Position numbers and translations under genes: made by a program | The notes under the pieces: generated by a model | Databases searched by the model: none | Seen by the model: only the letters and a program-made list of their open reading frames with translations | Told to the model about the DNA's origin: nothing | Shown here: in pieces, positions 38,280 through 46,915 of the stretch | Numbering within the stretch: the first letter of the stretch is position 1 | Layout of the letters: each line of letters begins with the position of its first letter | Source: a virus | Virus record (IMG/VR): IMGVR_UViG_3300007177_000055 | Span: 32,001 to 96,000 of that record | Strand: one strand, 5' to 3' | DNA length: 64,000 nt

Positions 38280-39431
38280 ATGACTGACCTAACTATTACT
38301 TATAGCACGGGCGTGCTGCAGGCTTTTACCCGGACTGGCAAACTTAAGTTCTGGCAAGGTCACGTTTTAACGTCAACCGACCGTTGGTTTACTCAAGCAT
38401 CCTATTGGCAATCTAAAAAAGATGGTGGACCAAGTGAAATCCAGTGGTCTAAACCTTACGAAGTAATCGTTAAAAATGCCGGCCGTAGTAATGAAGTGCT
38501 GCCTCAGCAGCAAGCTCTATTAGAAATTGAGCGGGATTATCAAAAGCAACTGGACAGAGGTTACGCCTTAGTAGGTGAAGAGCCTAACGTCTTACCACAG
38601 GCTATGAAAGCTGTTCGTTACTCCGAGCAAAAACACCGCGTAACATACCCAGCTTTTATGCAACCTAAGCTTAACGGCCAACGTATGCAACGTCTACCAG
38701 AACTAGCGTGGTCAAGGGGTAACAAAGAAATTCTAGAAGAATGCGTAGCACACATTCAAGCTGAGTTAGGGAAATTATCACCTAACTTACCTTTAGACGG
38801 AGAGCTAATGCTTCCCGGCAATCAACTCTTACAAAAGACCATGATGGCTATCAAAGAGTTTAAGCCCGAACTTACTCCTACCTTAGTTTATTGGGTATAT
38901 GACTTGGCCGATCCTAACAGGCCTTTTTCAGAAAGGTACCAAAGCCTAAGCGAACTTTTACCTCAAGATTTACCGCACGTTAAACTGGTACCAACCGTAA
39001 CCATACAAAAACCAGAAGAAGTAAGTGCCCATCACCAAGCTTGGGTAAACGCTGGTTTTGAAGGTTCAATGGTACGTTTTGACTATGGGGGTTACGAGCC
39101 GGGCCACCGAAGCGTACAACTACAAAAGATAAAAGACTACCAAGATTCCGAATTTGAAGTTTTAGACATCATACAAGGTAAAGGTAGAGACCTAGGTGCA
39201 GCTATTTTTGTGTGTAAAGCCACCGACACTAAAACTTTCACGTGTGTGCCCGAGTGTGCTGACCACGGAGGCATGCAACACCGCAGGGAACTCTATGCCA
39301 ACCGGGCTAGTATCCTAGCTAAACGAGTCTACTTAACAGTGAGATACCAAGAGCTAAGCGCAGCTGGCATACCTATAGGTAATCCGGTAGGAGTGCTACC
39401 CTTACGACAAACACAAACCGAAGGTTACTAA
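38280..39431 (+). CDS. ATP-dependent DNA ligase
   Basis: QPKLNGQR (motif I), LDGEL, YWVYD, FEGSMVR, LQKIK, LTVRYQ. Confidence 0.92.
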   Translation: MTDLTITYSTGVLQAFTRTGKLKFWQGHVLTSTDRWFTQASYWQSKKDGGPSEIQWSKPYEVIVKNAGRSNEVLPQQQALLEIERDYQKQLDRGYALVGEEPNVLPQAMKAVRYSEQKHRVTYPAFMQPKLNGQRMQRLPELAWSRGNKEILEECVAHIQAELGKLSPNLPLDGELMLPGNQLLQKTMMAIKEFKPELTPTLVYWVYDLADPNRPFSERYQSLSELLPQDLPHVKLVPTVTIQKPEEVSAHHQAWVNAGFEGSMVRFDYGGYEPGHRSVQLQKIKDYQDSEFEVLDIIQGKGRDLGAAIFVCKATDTKTFTCVPECADHGGMQHRRELYANRASILAKRVYLTVRYQELSAAGIPIGNPVGVLPLRQTQTEGY

Positions 39432-39607
39432 TGAAGTATCTAGGAGAGCTAATTGACTGCTTAATGACTTTAAGTATGTTAGTAGCCTGGATTTTTGGTA
39501 TAGCAATAAGTACCAATTTTTTGGATGCAATCTTAGCCATATTACTTCCGCCATACGCTTGGATTTTGTTAGCTGAGGCTTTGTTAAAACACTGGGGTTT
39601 AAAATAA
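39431..39607 (+). CDS. 58-aa membrane protein, paralog 1 (not in ORF track)
   Basis: Manual translation MKYLGELIDCLMTLSMLVAWIFGIAISTNFLDAILAILLPPYAWILLAEALLKHWGLK. Confidence 0.8.
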   Translation: MKYLGELIDCLMTLSMLVAWIFGIAISTNFLDAILAILLPPYAWILLAEALLKHWGLK

Positions 39608-39647
39608 ACCACAACAAAGAAAACCACCTGCAAATCAAAGGTTATTA

Positions 39648-39824
39648 ATGAAGAGTTTAAGACAAGTAATTAAAGACGTAGCGGTTTTAGGCGCTGCAAC
39701 AGCCTGGACTTTGGGCATAACTATAGCTCCAGGATTTTGGGGCGTAGTAGGAGCTACATTCTTCCCACCCTACGCTTGGGCCTTACTAACTCAAGTTTTG
39801 TATAAACACTGGGGTTTACTATGA
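39648..39824 (+). CDS. 58-aa membrane protein, paralog 2 (not in ORF track)
   Basis: Manual translation MKSLRQVIKDVAVLGAATAWTLGITIAPGFWGVVGATFFPPYAWALLTQVLYKHWGLL. Confidence 0.8.
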   Translation: MKSLRQVIKDVAVLGAATAWTLGITIAPGFWGVVGATFFPPYAWALLTQVLYKHWGLL

Positions 39825-39982
39825 CAGAGTTGGATCAACTCCTGAATCTTCCCTTAGGCTGGGTCAAATACTCACCTTGGGAGCAAGAAGGTTATTGTGA
39901 TAAACAAGCTCAATGCTGGTTTCAGCAATACGGAAAATGAATATTAGCTCGTCCAGGCTCGATAACAAACACAGTTTGCTGT

Positions 39983-40825
39983 TTGCCCGCCCACATCAAC
40001 CCTACTGACAGAAACTTGAGCATACCTTTAAAGCAAAAAGAATTAGTACACCAACGGTTGACTGAAGTAGCTGCTGAACAAGAAATTACAGTCTTATACG
40101 CTGTAGAATCTGGGTCTAGAGCTTGGGGGTTCGAGTCACCAGATTCTGATTGGGATGTAAGGTTTTTCTACTTAAGGCCTACCAACTACTATTTGTGGAA
40201 CCTAGACCCTAAAAAGCGAGACTGCATAGATGCTGTTGAATACCCTACACAACCAGATCAAATAGACATAGCCGGCTGGGACTTATTGAAGACTTGTAAG
40301 TTGTTGTTAGCCTCAAACCCAGCTGCCTTAGAGTGGCTAGATTCCCCCATTTGTTACTACAACTGGCAAGACATACTGTCAGAACTAAAAGCCTTAGTAC
40401 CTCTAGTTTACAACCGTAGGTCAACTATGTACCACTACCAACACATGGCTCAAACTAACTGGAGAAAATACATCTCCAAAAAGGACCCACTGTTGCTGAA
40501 GAAATACCTATACGTAATTAGGCCCTTGCTAGCTATGCAATGGATTGAGCGTTACGTCACGCCTATACCTATGTTATTTGAGACTTTAATGCAAGCTACT
40601 GACCTACCCGGGCCAGTACGTAAAGAAATTGAAGATCTCCTAGCTTTAAAACGAAGTTCTTCAGAAAAAGATTACGGCAATCCGTTGCCAGCCATACACG
40701 CTTGGATAGCTGAACGAGTTGACTCACAATCACCTCATTTGGTGCCCACCAGAACACCTGAAGCTAGTGAAATCGCTCGACAAGCAGTAAAAGCCTTTTT
40801 CATAAAAACACTGCAAACCAGTTAA
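39983..40825 (+). CDS. Pol-beta superfamily nucleotidyltransferase (YcgL/RlaP-like)
   Basis: AVESGSRAWGFESPDSDWDVRF, GWDL.K, SNP..LEWL.SP, KKYLYVIRPLLA. Confidence 0.9.
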   Translation: MPAHINPTDRNLSIPLKQKELVHQRLTEVAAEQEITVLYAVESGSRAWGFESPDSDWDVRFFYLRPTNYYLWNLDPKKRDCIDAVEYPTQPDQIDIAGWDLLKTCKLLLASNPAALEWLDSPICYYNWQDILSELKALVPLVYNRRSTMYHYQHMAQTNWRKYISKKDPLLLKKYLYVIRPLLAMQWIERYVTPIPMLFETLMQATDLPGPVRKEIEDLLALKRSSSEKDYGNPLPAIHAWIAERVDSQSPHLVPTRTPEASEIARQAVKAFFIKTLQTS

Positions 40826-40833
40826 AAACTCCG

Positions 40834-40907
40834 GGGCTGTTAGCTCAGCGGATTAGAGCAGTGGTCTTCTAAACCACGAGTCATCGGTTCGAATCCAATA
40901 CAGCCCG
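40834..40907 (+). tRNA. trnR: tRNA-Arg(TCT)
   Basis: Acceptor GGGCTGT/ACAGCCC, anticodon arm GTGGT-CTTCTAA-ACCAC, T-loop TTCGAAT; CCA not encoded. Confidence 0.93.
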
Positions 40908-40925
40908 TTACTTTACTAATTACCA

Positions 40926-41315
40926 ATGGAACTTACTTCGCCCCTTAACCCCGAAATCAAAGAACTCTGGTGTACTGCACTGGAATCTGGAGAATACCAA
41001 CAAGCTACAGGTAGACTACGTACTGAAACCGGCTTCTGCTGCTTAGGCGTGTTATCAGACTTAGCTGTTAAAGCAGGTGTACAAAAGTGGACCTACAATA
41101 CCGACGACTGTGAGGGTTATGGCATTCCTAACGAAGATGGATCTTTTACAAGAGGGCTATTACCCAAAGATATACAAAACTGGGCAGGGCTTACAGGGCC
41201 CGCTGCATGCGACCCGGTAGTGCGAACAGATAACAAAACCCACAGGTTATCTGCCCTTAATGACCAAGGCTACGACTTTAAGACCATTGCCCAACTAATA
41301 AGAGAACAACTATGA
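40926..41315 (+). CDS. CCLGV-motif phage protein, paralog 1
   Basis: W..AL.SG.YQQ...FCCLGVLSDLAV...LND...F..IA.LI.EQL. Confidence 0.8.
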   Translation: MELTSPLNPEIKELWCTALESGEYQQATGRLRTETGFCCLGVLSDLAVKAGVQKWTYNTDDCEGYGIPNEDGSFTRGLLPKDIQNWAGLTGPAACDPVVRTDNKTHRLSALNDQGYDFKTIAQLIREQL

Positions 41316-41755
41316 CTAACCAGAAACTGAACCTAGAAATCAAACAGCTTTGGTGTTCTAGTTTAAGGTCAGGAAAGTACCCTCAAGGTAAAAATGCATT
41401 AAACCGTTCAGGAACTTTTTGCTGCTTAGGTGTACTACCAGACTTAGCTGTTAGGGCAGGTATAAGTAAACGGACTGAAGAAAACCTCTACTTACGCCCA
41501 GAATACAATGCAAAAGACGACGGCTGCAATTTTATAAATAAAAGTAGAACCCAATGTAGCAGATCTTGTTTAATCGAAGACGTTAGAGTTTGGGTTGGAC
41601 TAGAAAACCTAGACCCTTGTGTTGTTACAACTAAACATCACTGGGAAAGCATAGGAGTTAAAGAACCTGTAAGCTTAAGGTATAAGGTGTCCCAACTTAA
41701 CGACCGAGGTTTCAGTTTTGAAACTATTGCTAGTCTGATCGAGGAACAACTGTGA
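41312..41755 (+). CDS. CCLGV-motif phage protein, paralog 2
   Basis: Same motifs as 40926-41315. Confidence 0.8.
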   Translation: MTNQKLNLEIKQLWCSSLRSGKYPQGKNALNRSGTFCCLGVLPDLAVRAGISKRTEENLYLRPEYNAKDDGCNFINKSRTQCSRSCLIEDVRVWVGLENLDPCVVTTKHHWESIGVKEPVSLRYKVSQLNDRGFSFETIASLIEEQL

Positions 41756-42129
41756 GTGATCTTAAACTAAAGCCCGAAATTAGAGCCCGGTTTCTAGAAG
41801 CGTTAAGGTCCAACAAGTACTCACAAGGTGAAGGTCGTTTAAAAAAGCAAGACCACTTTTGCTGTTTAGGCGTATTAAGCGACTTAGCTGTACAAGACGG
41901 TGTAGCTGATTGGGAAGAAGACGTACTAGTAGTAGGCGACATCTACTCTAAGAGTTTATTTCCAGAACAGCTACTTAATTGGGCTTGTGGAGGTAGTTTC
42001 ACAGTCTTTGACGGACCAACGGCCTTCCCATTACCAGAGTCAGAGGAAGCACGTTCATTAACTTACGCAAACGACGAACTTAAATGGACTTTTTCGGAAA
42101 TTGCCTGCCTAGTTGAACAATACATGTAA
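41752..42129 (+). CDS. CCLGV-motif phage protein, paralog 3
   Basis: Same motifs as 40926-41315. Confidence 0.8.
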   Translation: MSDLKLKPEIRARFLEALRSNKYSQGEGRLKKQDHFCCLGVLSDLAVQDGVADWEEDVLVVGDIYSKSLFPEQLLNWACGGSFTVFDGPTAFPLPESEEARSLTYANDELKWTFSEIACLVEQYM

Positions 42130-42134
42130 GACCT

Positions 42135-43319
42135 ATGAAAGCGGCTGCCCTACAAGAAATCCTAACTTTAAGTAAAGTCGCCCGCACATACGGAGTCGAT
42201 CTAAGCGCTAACGAGTCTCAAAACTGCCCGTTTTGCAGTGGCGTCAAGCAATTCCGCACCATTAGAAATCGTTGGTATCGGTGCTTCAAATGTAGTCGCA
42301 AGGGAGACATCTATCGTTTACTTCAAGACTTAAAAGTAACTAAAAACTTTCAAGAGTCCTTTAATATACTCAGCAGAAGTGTAACTGATTCACCAGAGTA
42401 CCAAGCTTATAAGGCCCGAATTAGTGGCTTTAATAGAGCTTGGACAGCCTACCAAGCTAAAGCTAACGCCCCTGAAATAGCACAATACGCTACAGAACGA
42501 GGTTGGAGTTTTAAACCCGGTGAAGTAGGCTACGCAGACTCAGCATACACGCTACGTCAAGCCGGCTTTAGTATACACGAACTAGAAAGTTTGGGCTTAT
42601 ACGCTCACGGTAGTGAACACTATTCCAACCACTTAATATTTCCTATCTACAACCACGACGGAGAAGTAGTACATTTTTCTGCTCGGGCATTAGATCCCAA
42701 GGAAGAGCTACGTTGGAAACACACGTCCGGCACACCTCCCATAAACAACTTTTTATACGGAGCTAACAACTTAGGAGCCAGTACTTATGCTGTTATATGC
42801 GAAGGAATCTCTGATTCACGGTCTTTAATACAACTAGGCGAACCTGCAGTAGGTGTATTTGGGGTTACCATACCTCTAGTACAACACGCAGCACTCTTTA
42901 GAGAGTGTAAGTGTTTAGTAGCTTTCTTTGATAGAGACCGCTACCCATTAGGACACGAAAAACAAAACCAATACAAGTCTTGGTCTCAAGTAACTCCACA
43001 CTTAGTCGACCTAGCTGTAGAACTAAAAGTACCAGTATTATGTCTAATGGCTCCTAACTGGCCAGGGGTAAAAGATGCTAACGAGTACTTAACGGCAATT
43101 GACTATGACCGCCCGACTTATCAGCGCTGGGCCTCCAAGTCTTACCGCCAATTGCATTCTGTAGCTTTAGAAATCCTCGGTAAAGACTTAACCCAACACG
43201 CTAATTTGTGGCGGTTACACGCGGCTGTACCTAATCCTGCAGCTATGAAAGAGTTTCGGGAACAAATCCTAAAGGACTACGATAGCTGGGAATCTTACTT
43301 GCTAGCGTTACATGCCTAA
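42135..43319 (+). CDS. dnaG: DNA primase (Zn finger and TOPRIM)
   Basis: CPFC...CFKC, IFPI...FSAR, ICEGISD, FFDRD, KDANE. Confidence 0.9.
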   Translation: MKAAALQEILTLSKVARTYGVDLSANESQNCPFCSGVKQFRTIRNRWYRCFKCSRKGDIYRLLQDLKVTKNFQESFNILSRSVTDSPEYQAYKARISGFNRAWTAYQAKANAPEIAQYATERGWSFKPGEVGYADSAYTLRQAGFSIHELESLGLYAHGSEHYSNHLIFPIYNHDGEVVHFSARALDPKEELRWKHTSGTPPINNFLYGANNLGASTYAVICEGISDSRSLIQLGEPAVGVFGVTIPLVQHAALFRECKCLVAFFDRDRYPLGHEKQNQYKSWSQVTPHLVDLAVELKVPVLCLMAPNWPGVKDANEYLTAIDYDRPTYQRWASKSYRQLHSVALEILGKDLTQHANLWRLHAAVPNPAAMKEFREQILKDYDSWESYLLALHA

Positions 43320-44028
43320 ATACTACTTATACGCAGAATCCCCAGACCGGGTCTTAGCAGGCCCGGTTTCCGTGTGCGGGTTGTTTTTACCAGAGCCATT
43401 AATACTGCCTGTTAAGGGCCTAAGTGAGTGGATAGACGAAGCTATAAAAACAGAAAAACTTTACTTTATACACTATTACGTATGGCCAGATGAACTAAAC
43501 TTCAAAACTCTTCAGCGTCGTGTTGACTCTGTGTGCTGTCGTTTGTTCTTTAAGTCACAAATAAGAGCAACCTACCACCGGCTGGTAAAAAGTGTACCTC
43601 ATTCTTACAACTACGCTATACACTACAAACGCTGTCCTCTACACCATCGAATAGCTAGTTACCTTTGTCACCAATACCGAACAAACTTAATACTGACACA
43701 CTACACTAAAGTACATCCAGAGTACTCCCTAACTAAACACTGGGGTTATAAAACTGAATTACACCTAGAAGAAATACTACGTTTAGGGCCACGAGCAGAC
43801 TTCCATCATTCTTCAGTTCGCAACTTGGTATCTCAGTACTGGTTAAAGCAACTTCTAAATGGCAACCCTAAATACTTAATGGGAGACTACCCGTATTGGT
43901 GGGGCAGCACAGAGTTCATAAATCCAGCTCTAGTAAATCACCTACTACAACCTTCAGGATGTAAAGAACACTTAGAGTGGCTAAAAACAGCCGGTATAGA
44001 TTCGCTCCCTGCTACGCCAGAAAATTAA
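43312..44028 (+). CDS. degenerate RNase HII-like protein
   Basis: LAGPVSVCG and HPEYSLTKHWGYKTELHLEEILRLGP..FH match RNase HII segments, but DEAGRG is replaced by AESPDR. Confidence 0.7.
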   Translation: MPKYYLYAESPDRVLAGPVSVCGLFLPEPLILPVKGLSEWIDEAIKTEKLYFIHYYVWPDELNFKTLQRRVDSVCCRLFFKSQIRATYHRLVKSVPHSYNYAIHYKRCPLHHRIASYLCHQYRTNLILTHYTKVHPEYSLTKHWGYKTELHLEEILRLGPRADFHHSSVRNLVSQYWLKQLLNGNPKYLMGDYPYWWGSTEFINPALVNHLLQPSGCKEHLEWLKTAGIDSLPATPEN

Positions 44029-44037
44029 AACAAAGTA
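44026..44037 (+). promoter_or_regulatory. repeated phage upstream element, copy 5
   Basis: TAAAACAAAGTA at the start of the intergenic gap before 44096. Confidence 0.5.
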
Positions 44038-44095
44038 CACCTGGGTAAAACCAAACCGTAAGAGCCTAAACAGGATAAGCTGTAAAAAAACAAAG

Positions 44096-44485
44096 ATGAC
44101 TAATTACTCAGAAAAGCTCAACCAAATTTGGCAGTCCCAGCCTGCAAATTTAAGCGTGTCAGCCAAGCTTTTAAGAATAGACTCTTTAGCTTGCATGGAA
44201 ATACTAGATAATACCCAATTCAACCACAACTATTCGGCCAACTGGTTTTTTATATTGATGGTTCATATTTTGCACCAGTATTTAAATCTGGGGTTAGTAC
44301 GGTACAGCGATCCCATAGTTAAAGAACTAACAGTTCATCACGCCTACCGTTTTCAAAGAAAAACGCTTTTAAACATTGACTCTGTAAGCATGTATAACCG
44401 TCTAGTACACTATACTGTTCTGAGGAAACAACTCAGAGTGCTAGTCGATGACAATTTACGTAGGTCTCGACCAATCGCTCAATAA
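44096..44485 (+). CDS. hypothetical protein
   Basis: ORF only. Confidence 0.55.
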   Translation: MTNYSEKLNQIWQSQPANLSVSAKLLRIDSLACMEILDNTQFNHNYSANWFFILMVHILHQYLNLGLVRYSDPIVKELTVHHAYRFQRKTLLNIDSVSMYNRLVHYTVLRKQLRVLVDDNLRRSRPIAQ

Positions 44486-45011
44486 CACCGGTATAGCTGT
44501 GACCAATGGAAAAAAAACCGCAGTAACCTTACAAAAGTCGCCGGCAAAATTAACAGAACTACAAAAACTGTACGAACTTGAACTTCTACTAGTAAACCTT
44601 ATACAAACATTAAAGCCCAAGCGAGTTTACTTAGAAAACGTCTATTTCGTTCGTTTCAGGATAAAGTCAGCTTTGTCCCTACTACGAGTAGAAACCACCC
44701 TAAAGCTAGTTTGCTTAAGGGAAAAAACTGAGCAAACCAGCTTATCGGCCAACCCTAGAGAAGCTGATTCTTGGCCAAAAATATTAGGAGTAACCACTAC
44801 TAAAGAAGCTACTGCTGAGCTTTTTCTTCCCAAAATAAAAGACGATACTACTACAGATCACGAAACAGACGCTTTAGGTATTCTTTACGCAGGGGTAATC
44901 AAAGACACTACTCGTACTAGAGCTGGTATGATGAAAGTACCAATCATACGAGTTCATGCTAGAGATTTTAGAAAAGACTCCCGAAACTTCACGAACTGTT
45001 TCTTACAGTAG
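44448..45011 (+). CDS. ruvC: RuvC-like Holliday junction resolvase
   Basis: YVGLDQSLNNTGIA, VYLE, DHETDALGI. Confidence 0.85.
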   Translation: MTIYVGLDQSLNNTGIAVTNGKKTAVTLQKSPAKLTELQKLYELELLLVNLIQTLKPKRVYLENVYFVRFRIKSALSLLRVETTLKLVCLREKTEQTSLSANPREADSWPKILGVTTTKEATAELFLPKIKDDTTTDHETDALGILYAGVIKDTTRTRAGMMKVPIIRVHARDFRKDSRNFTNCFLQ

Positions 45012-46119
45012 GTTGTCTTCATACTTAGAGTGCCCGCAGAAATACTACAACAAATACGTCGATAAGTTAAAAATAAGCCAGCCTTTAGAAGATTACTTCT
45101 TAAAAGGTACTTTAAGTCACCGAATACTAGAAGAATATTTAAAAGGAGCTTCTATAGAAGACGCCACTAATTTGATACTTCCAGATTGGATAGTTAACAA
45201 CTGTTTAATTCCCCTAACAGAAAGTTCGCCTAGTAATGAAGAAGACCTTTACGAACTAGCAGACTCTAGTGGACTGGACTTCGACTTACTAGAACGGTAC
45301 GTACACCCAACCGCGCATTTACTATATAGGTGTTCCGCTAACTACCAAGGTGATGATCCTATTCGTAAAAATGACGGCACAATCCCAGCAGACCCTTTAG
45401 GATACCCGCCTACTCAATTTAAAAAAGAGTACGAACGTCAACATCTACATACCTTAAAAGCAGAAATAGACATCCAAGCCGCTAGGTCTTCAGTAGCCTT
45501 CCGCCGCTTTTCATTAGCTGATACAGCTGCTTTGGCTTTATCGTACGTAGTAGGCTTTAAAATACCTGAATATGTTGACGAAACCGTAGCGGTAGAGTTT
45601 GACCTTTCTGAAGGTAAAACTCCTTGGGATGTTGACGAATACTGGAATGGAGCTATTGACTGGGTATTTAGAACCACTCAAGGCGCAACAGTAATTTGTG
45701 ATCACAAAACAGAAAAAAGAAAACCGCTGGGTATTGAAGTGTTATTTCATTCCCAGTTAAATCTATACGCTCACTTATATTACGAACAAACCGGAGTGTT
45801 AGCTGATTACTTAGCCATTAATCACTTACCTTCTGGGGAGTTAGTTCTAGCTAAGTTAGACCTAGAAGTAGTAAAAGATAACTACCTTTACTGGCTATCA
45901 GTTAGAGAGAAAATAAAAGGAGATTTAAGTAGCAACTCTTGGACTAAGCAGTTACCGACCAAGTACAACTCCCCTTGTGTACGCCGGCATTGGAAGAGCA
46001 ATGACCTAACTCAGGTATGTCCACACCTAACTAATTGCTGGCCCCAATACGCAGACTACTTAGGTTTAGAATTAGAGCCTTTCCTTAACGAGCAAGCGTT
46101 ACAAAATGCAGGTATCTAG
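44956..46119 (+). CDS. PD-(D/E)XK RecB-family exonuclease
   Basis: SYSRL..YLECP..Y, GTLSH..LE, GAIDW...ICDHKT, QLNLYA, C-terminal Cys residues. Confidence 0.9.
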   Translation: MLEILEKTPETSRTVSYSRLSSYLECPQKYYNKYVDKLKISQPLEDYFLKGTLSHRILEEYLKGASIEDATNLILPDWIVNNCLIPLTESSPSNEEDLYELADSSGLDFDLLERYVHPTAHLLYRCSANYQGDDPIRKNDGTIPADPLGYPPTQFKKEYERQHLHTLKAEIDIQAARSSVAFRRFSLADTAALALSYVVGFKIPEYVDETVAVEFDLSEGKTPWDVDEYWNGAIDWVFRTTQGATVICDHKTEKRKPLGIEVLFHSQLNLYAHLYYEQTGVLADYLAINHLPSGELVLAKLDLEVVKDNYLYWLSVREKIKGDLSSNSWTKQLPTKYNSPCVRRHWKSNDLTQVCPHLTNCWPQYADYLGLELEPFLNEQALQNAGI

Positions 46120-46915
46120 AGGTGAACTATATGAATACATATCTCGTCGAGTAGGAGTTTCTCAAGCTACGGCTAAAGAATGTCTTACCGCATTAGGAGA
46201 ATACACAGCTATAAAACTGGGGGCTGGCCTAAAAGTCAGCCTGCCCGGCATAGGTGTACTTAACCGAGTAAGAGTTAAACAACGTGCTTCCTTAAAACTT
46301 AGTACTAGTTCAGTACTAAGCACATACCTAAGCCTAGCAAGACCGCTTGCACAAGACTACTTTCTAAAGCATGGCAGGAAACCCCCTACACGATTAACAC
46401 AGTTTGACCGATGGATTAACCAAAAGGGAGAAGCTTATTTAGCCCAGATTTCCAAAAATCCCATAAGCCTTAAGTGGTTTAATCCAGTTCATTATTCCTT
46501 GTTAGCTTACCTCCAGTCTTCCTTTATATGGGGTCACTCATGGGAACATCCTATAAGTCACGAAGTTTATAGCCCAGAGCTAATTAGGAGTAAGTTACTG
46601 GCTTACAAACACATAGACTTAGTTTCCTACCAGAAACTGTTTTTAGTGTGGGTCAACTTAAAAGACCGCCGACCAAGAGCTAAACGCTTTGGTTGGTCTG
46701 AAGAGTCACTGTACGAAGGTTGGAAAAAAGCACTCAATGGAGTGTTGCTGCTCTTACTATTTCCTGAGCTAGATCCTATACTTGGAGAAACTTTAATTCT
46801 GCAAGATGTACGACCAGGATCAAGAAAGATTAGCACTGGAACGAGCTCAGAGTGCAATGGCATTCATCGAGCAAATAGAGTTCATAATTTACTCCCTAGA
46901 AGCCCTGAAAAGTAG
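46106..46915 (+). CDS. HU/IHF-like N-terminal domain fused to an unknown domain
   Basis: SRGELYEYISRRVGVSQATAKECL...LGAGLKVSLPGIGVL follows the HU pattern; about 190 additional aa. Confidence 0.7.
   Translation: MQVSRGELYEYISRRVGVSQATAKECLTALGEYTAIKLGAGLKVSLPGIGVLNRVRVKQRASLKLSTSSVLSTYLSLARPLAQDYFLKHGRKPPTRLTQFDRWINQKGEAYLAQISKNPISLKWFNPVHYSLLAYLQSSFIWGHSWEHPISHEVYSPELIRSKLLAYKHIDLVSYQKLFLVWVNLKDRRPRAKRFGWSEESLYEGWKKALNGVLLLLLFPELDPILGETLILQDVRPGSRKISTGTSSECNGIHRANRVHNLLPRSPEK

Noticed and set aside
44956-46119. Cas4 or CRISPR association of the PD-(D/E)XK nuclease
   Set aside because: No repeat-spacer array or other cas genes were seen; this is an ordinary phage RecB-type nuclease
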